64,000 bases of DNA, taken from positions 11,327,009 to 11,391,008 of the forward strand of contig MU058781.1 of NCBI GenBank assembly GCA_013265495.1, written 5' to 3'. Origin of the DNA: Vicugna vicugna (taxonomy: Eukaryota). The notes below the pieces were generated by a model. The model was not told the origin of the DNA, ran no database searches, and was given only the letters and a program-made list of their open reading frames with translations. The stretch's first letter is position 1, and every line of letters starts with the position of its first letter. Made by a program: the position numbers and the translations under genes. Shown here piece after piece: positions 61,360 through 64,000 of this stretch.

Positions 61360-63460
61360 AAAGTGTGTGAGATGTAGTTAAGCAGTAATCAGTAGAAAAT
61401 TACAGCTTTAAAAGCTTCATAAGCTTTTAAGGAAGATCTAAATATGATTCTACTCTAAGAAGTTAGAAGAAGAAGAACAAAGTAAAGCAAAAGTAAACAG
61501 AAATAAAGAAATAATAAAGAGAAGAGAAGAAAGAACAAATTAGAAAACAAACAAAATTGACACAGCTCTAGTTCTGGTTCTTTAACAAGACAAAATAAAC
61601 AAACCCCTTAATTAGACTGACCAAGAGAAAAAGAGAACACAAATCACTAATACTAGAAATCAATGAAGGGTTATCACCACAGATCCTACAGACACGAAAG
61701 GATAATATGAATGTATCATGAACAACTTTACAACAACAAATCTGACAATTTAGACAGAATGAACAAATTTCTTGAAAAATACAATTTACCAAAAAAGGAC
61801 ACAGGAAAAAAACAGAAAGTCTAACATCTATTAGACTCACATCTATTTTTAAAAAATGAAAGCCTCACATCTAGGAAAGAAATTGAATTTGTTATCAAAA
61901 ACTTTTCCAAAAAGAAAATTCTAGGCCCAGATGAGTTTACTGGTGAGTTACATCAAACATTCAAGGAAGAAATATGACCAGCTGTTCACAAATATTTCAG
62001 AAAATAAAGAAGGATGGATCACTAGACAACTTGTGTTATTAGGTCAATATAATCCTCATACCAAAACTTAATAAAGACATTGAGAAAAAGAGAGGGGAGG
62101 GGGATCATAAGCCAAATCTTTTATGACGATAGACGTGAAAATTCTTATAAAAATATTATCAAGTTGTATCCCATTACATATAAAAAGGATATCATGATCA
62201 CACAGGTTTTATCTCATGAATGCAAGGTTGATTTACCATTCAGAAATCTTAGGGGGTATAGCTCAGGGGTAGAGCATTTGACTGCAGAAATCTTACACAA
62301 TACATAAAAATAATTCAAAAGAGATCACAGATCTAAATATAAAACCTAGAACTATAAAACATCTGGAAGAAAAACACGATCTGTGCAATCTTGGGATAAA
62401 CAAAGTTTACTTACATAGAATACAAAAAGCATAAAACGTAAAAGAAAATTATTGATAAATTAGACAATCAAAATTTAAAACTTGCTCTTTAAAAGATACC
62501 ATTAAGAGAACAAAAACAAACTCATATACTGGGGAGGAAAGACTACACATATATAAAATGAAGAACTTGTTTCAGAATGTATAAAAATCTTATAACTAAT
62601 TAAGACAAAGTAATTCTTAAAACAGGAAAAAGATCTGAACAGAGATGTCACAAAAGTTAAATGAGTGACCAATAGGCATCTGAAAATGTGCTTAATGTCA
62701 TTACTCAGCAGGGAGATGCACATTAAAACCATAATGAGATACCACCACTCATCAAATTAGATAAAATTTAAACGAATGATTACACCAAGTGTTGGTGAGG
62801 ATGTGGAGACTGGAACTCTCATCCACTGCAGGTGGGAATGCAAAATAATACACCTTCTTTGGGAAAGAGTTCGGCAATTTCTTAAAATGTTAAACATAAA
62901 CTCACCATAGAACCTAGCCTTCCCACTCGGGTATTTGCCCCACCAAAATGAAAATCTATGTCCACACGGACTTTTACACAAATGTTCATGGCAGCCTTAC
63001 TTGTAATAGTTCAAAGCTATAAACAATCCAATGCCCTTACTAGGTGAAAGGCTAAATAAACCGTGGTCCATCCGTGCACTGGAATAGTACTCAGCAACAA
63101 AAGGGGACAAACCATTGATACAAACAGAGTGGATGAATCTCAAAATCATTTTCTGAGTGAAAGAAGCCAGGCAAAAAAGGAGCGCTTACTGTACAATTCC
63201 ATTTATATGAAATTCTAGAAAGTGGAAGGTAATTTAAGGTGGCAGAAAGCAGCTCATGGTTGCCCAAAGACAGGAGTGGAGGGAGGGAAGGATTCCAAAG
63301 GGGCTTGAGAAAACTTCGGGGGAGGATGGAAATGTTTATTATCTTGATTGTGACAATGGCCTGACAGGTGTATGCACATCAAAACTCATCAAATGTTATA
63401 CTTTACGTATGTACAGTTTATTACACTTCTGTTATACTTTTCAGAGTTGTAAAAAGTAAA
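61360..63460 (+). mobile_element. Old L1M ORF2 to 3' UTR relic with a large internal deletion near 62250
   Basis: ctaggcccagatgagtttactggtgagtta...gaatgcaaggttg (RT region) jumps to tacacaatacataaaaataattc (late ORF2), then 3' UTR. Confidence 0.8.
62252..62288 (+). pseudogene. Tailless retropseudogene: 5' half of tRNA-Cys(GCA)
   Basis: GGGGGTATAGCTCAGGGGTAGAGCATTTGACTGCAGA matches the first 37 nt of mammalian tRNA-Cys(GCA) as I recall it, ending at the anticodon loop; TSD CAGAAATCTTA at 62241-62251 and 62285-62295. Confidence 0.85.
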
Positions 63461-64000
63461 AGATTAAGACAGATCATGAAACTCTGCCTTTGACTCTGAA
63501 GATACAAATTTTCTTTCACATAACTCAACACAGCAAAAAGATGCCATCCCAAATTATTCCTGACAACCAAAGCCAAAGGTTTCCAATCAAGAGGCGTTTA
63601 TATTTATTTTTATATTATTTTATATTTAATATATACTTATTTAATTTATATCAATAGATAAGTTATTAATTGGTTAATAATTAATTAATACATTTAAATA
63701 ATATTGTATTTATTAATTTATATTACTGAAGAGGCTGTCAGAGTCTAAAGTGGCTGCCAACCAAAGCACCCAGGAAAACCAAATCCGCCCTGCCTCTTGA
63801 TCAAAATGAAAAGAAGCACAGTGTTCCACAGGCATCAGTTTAAGGAAATAGTCAAAACATCAGTGCTAGAAGGCACAGTAAAGGTGGGAAACCCACTTGC
63901 CTGAAGGTATAGTTTCCAGGAACAAGATTCGACAAATGTAAGACGGGGGAGTCAGCCGAGGTCTTCTCTTCTAGGAAGGGCCCAGTAATTTCCTCCCAGT

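Noticed and set aside
63597..63725. Very AT-rich segment with short palindromes
   Set aside because: Low-complexity sequence; palindromes are expected at this composition.

Overview
Mammalian genomic DNA, most likely a camelid. The evidence is about seven copies of a tRNA-Ala-derived SINE with an (AAAT)n-CCTAATTACCTCCCC tail (Vic-1-like), plus cetartiodactyl-type L1 3' ends. The window holds the tail-to-tail gene pair ALDH5A1 (+ strand, coding exons 2-10, 6440-25259, succinate-semialdehyde dehydrogenase) and KIAA0319 (- strand, exons 10-21, 58434-34509). Exon numbers follow my recollection of the human genes. All exons splice in frame with no stop or frameshift. The rest is intron, UTR and interspersed repeats (L1, L2, MIR, MLT1, ERV solo LTRs, MER58/MER5/Tigger). 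I see no new multi-gene system. The most unusual items are small retrotransposition fossils: a tailless 5' half of tRNA-Cys(GCA) with an 11-bp TSD, a tailless 66-bp L1 5'-terminus insertion with a 10-bp TSD, an orphan polyadenylated retrocopy inside an MLT1 LTR, and a probable 3' transduction. Also notable are a GC-AG intron in ALDH5A1 and two opposed solo LTRs in the gap between the convergent genes. Repeat family names and human comparisons are from memory, not from database searches.
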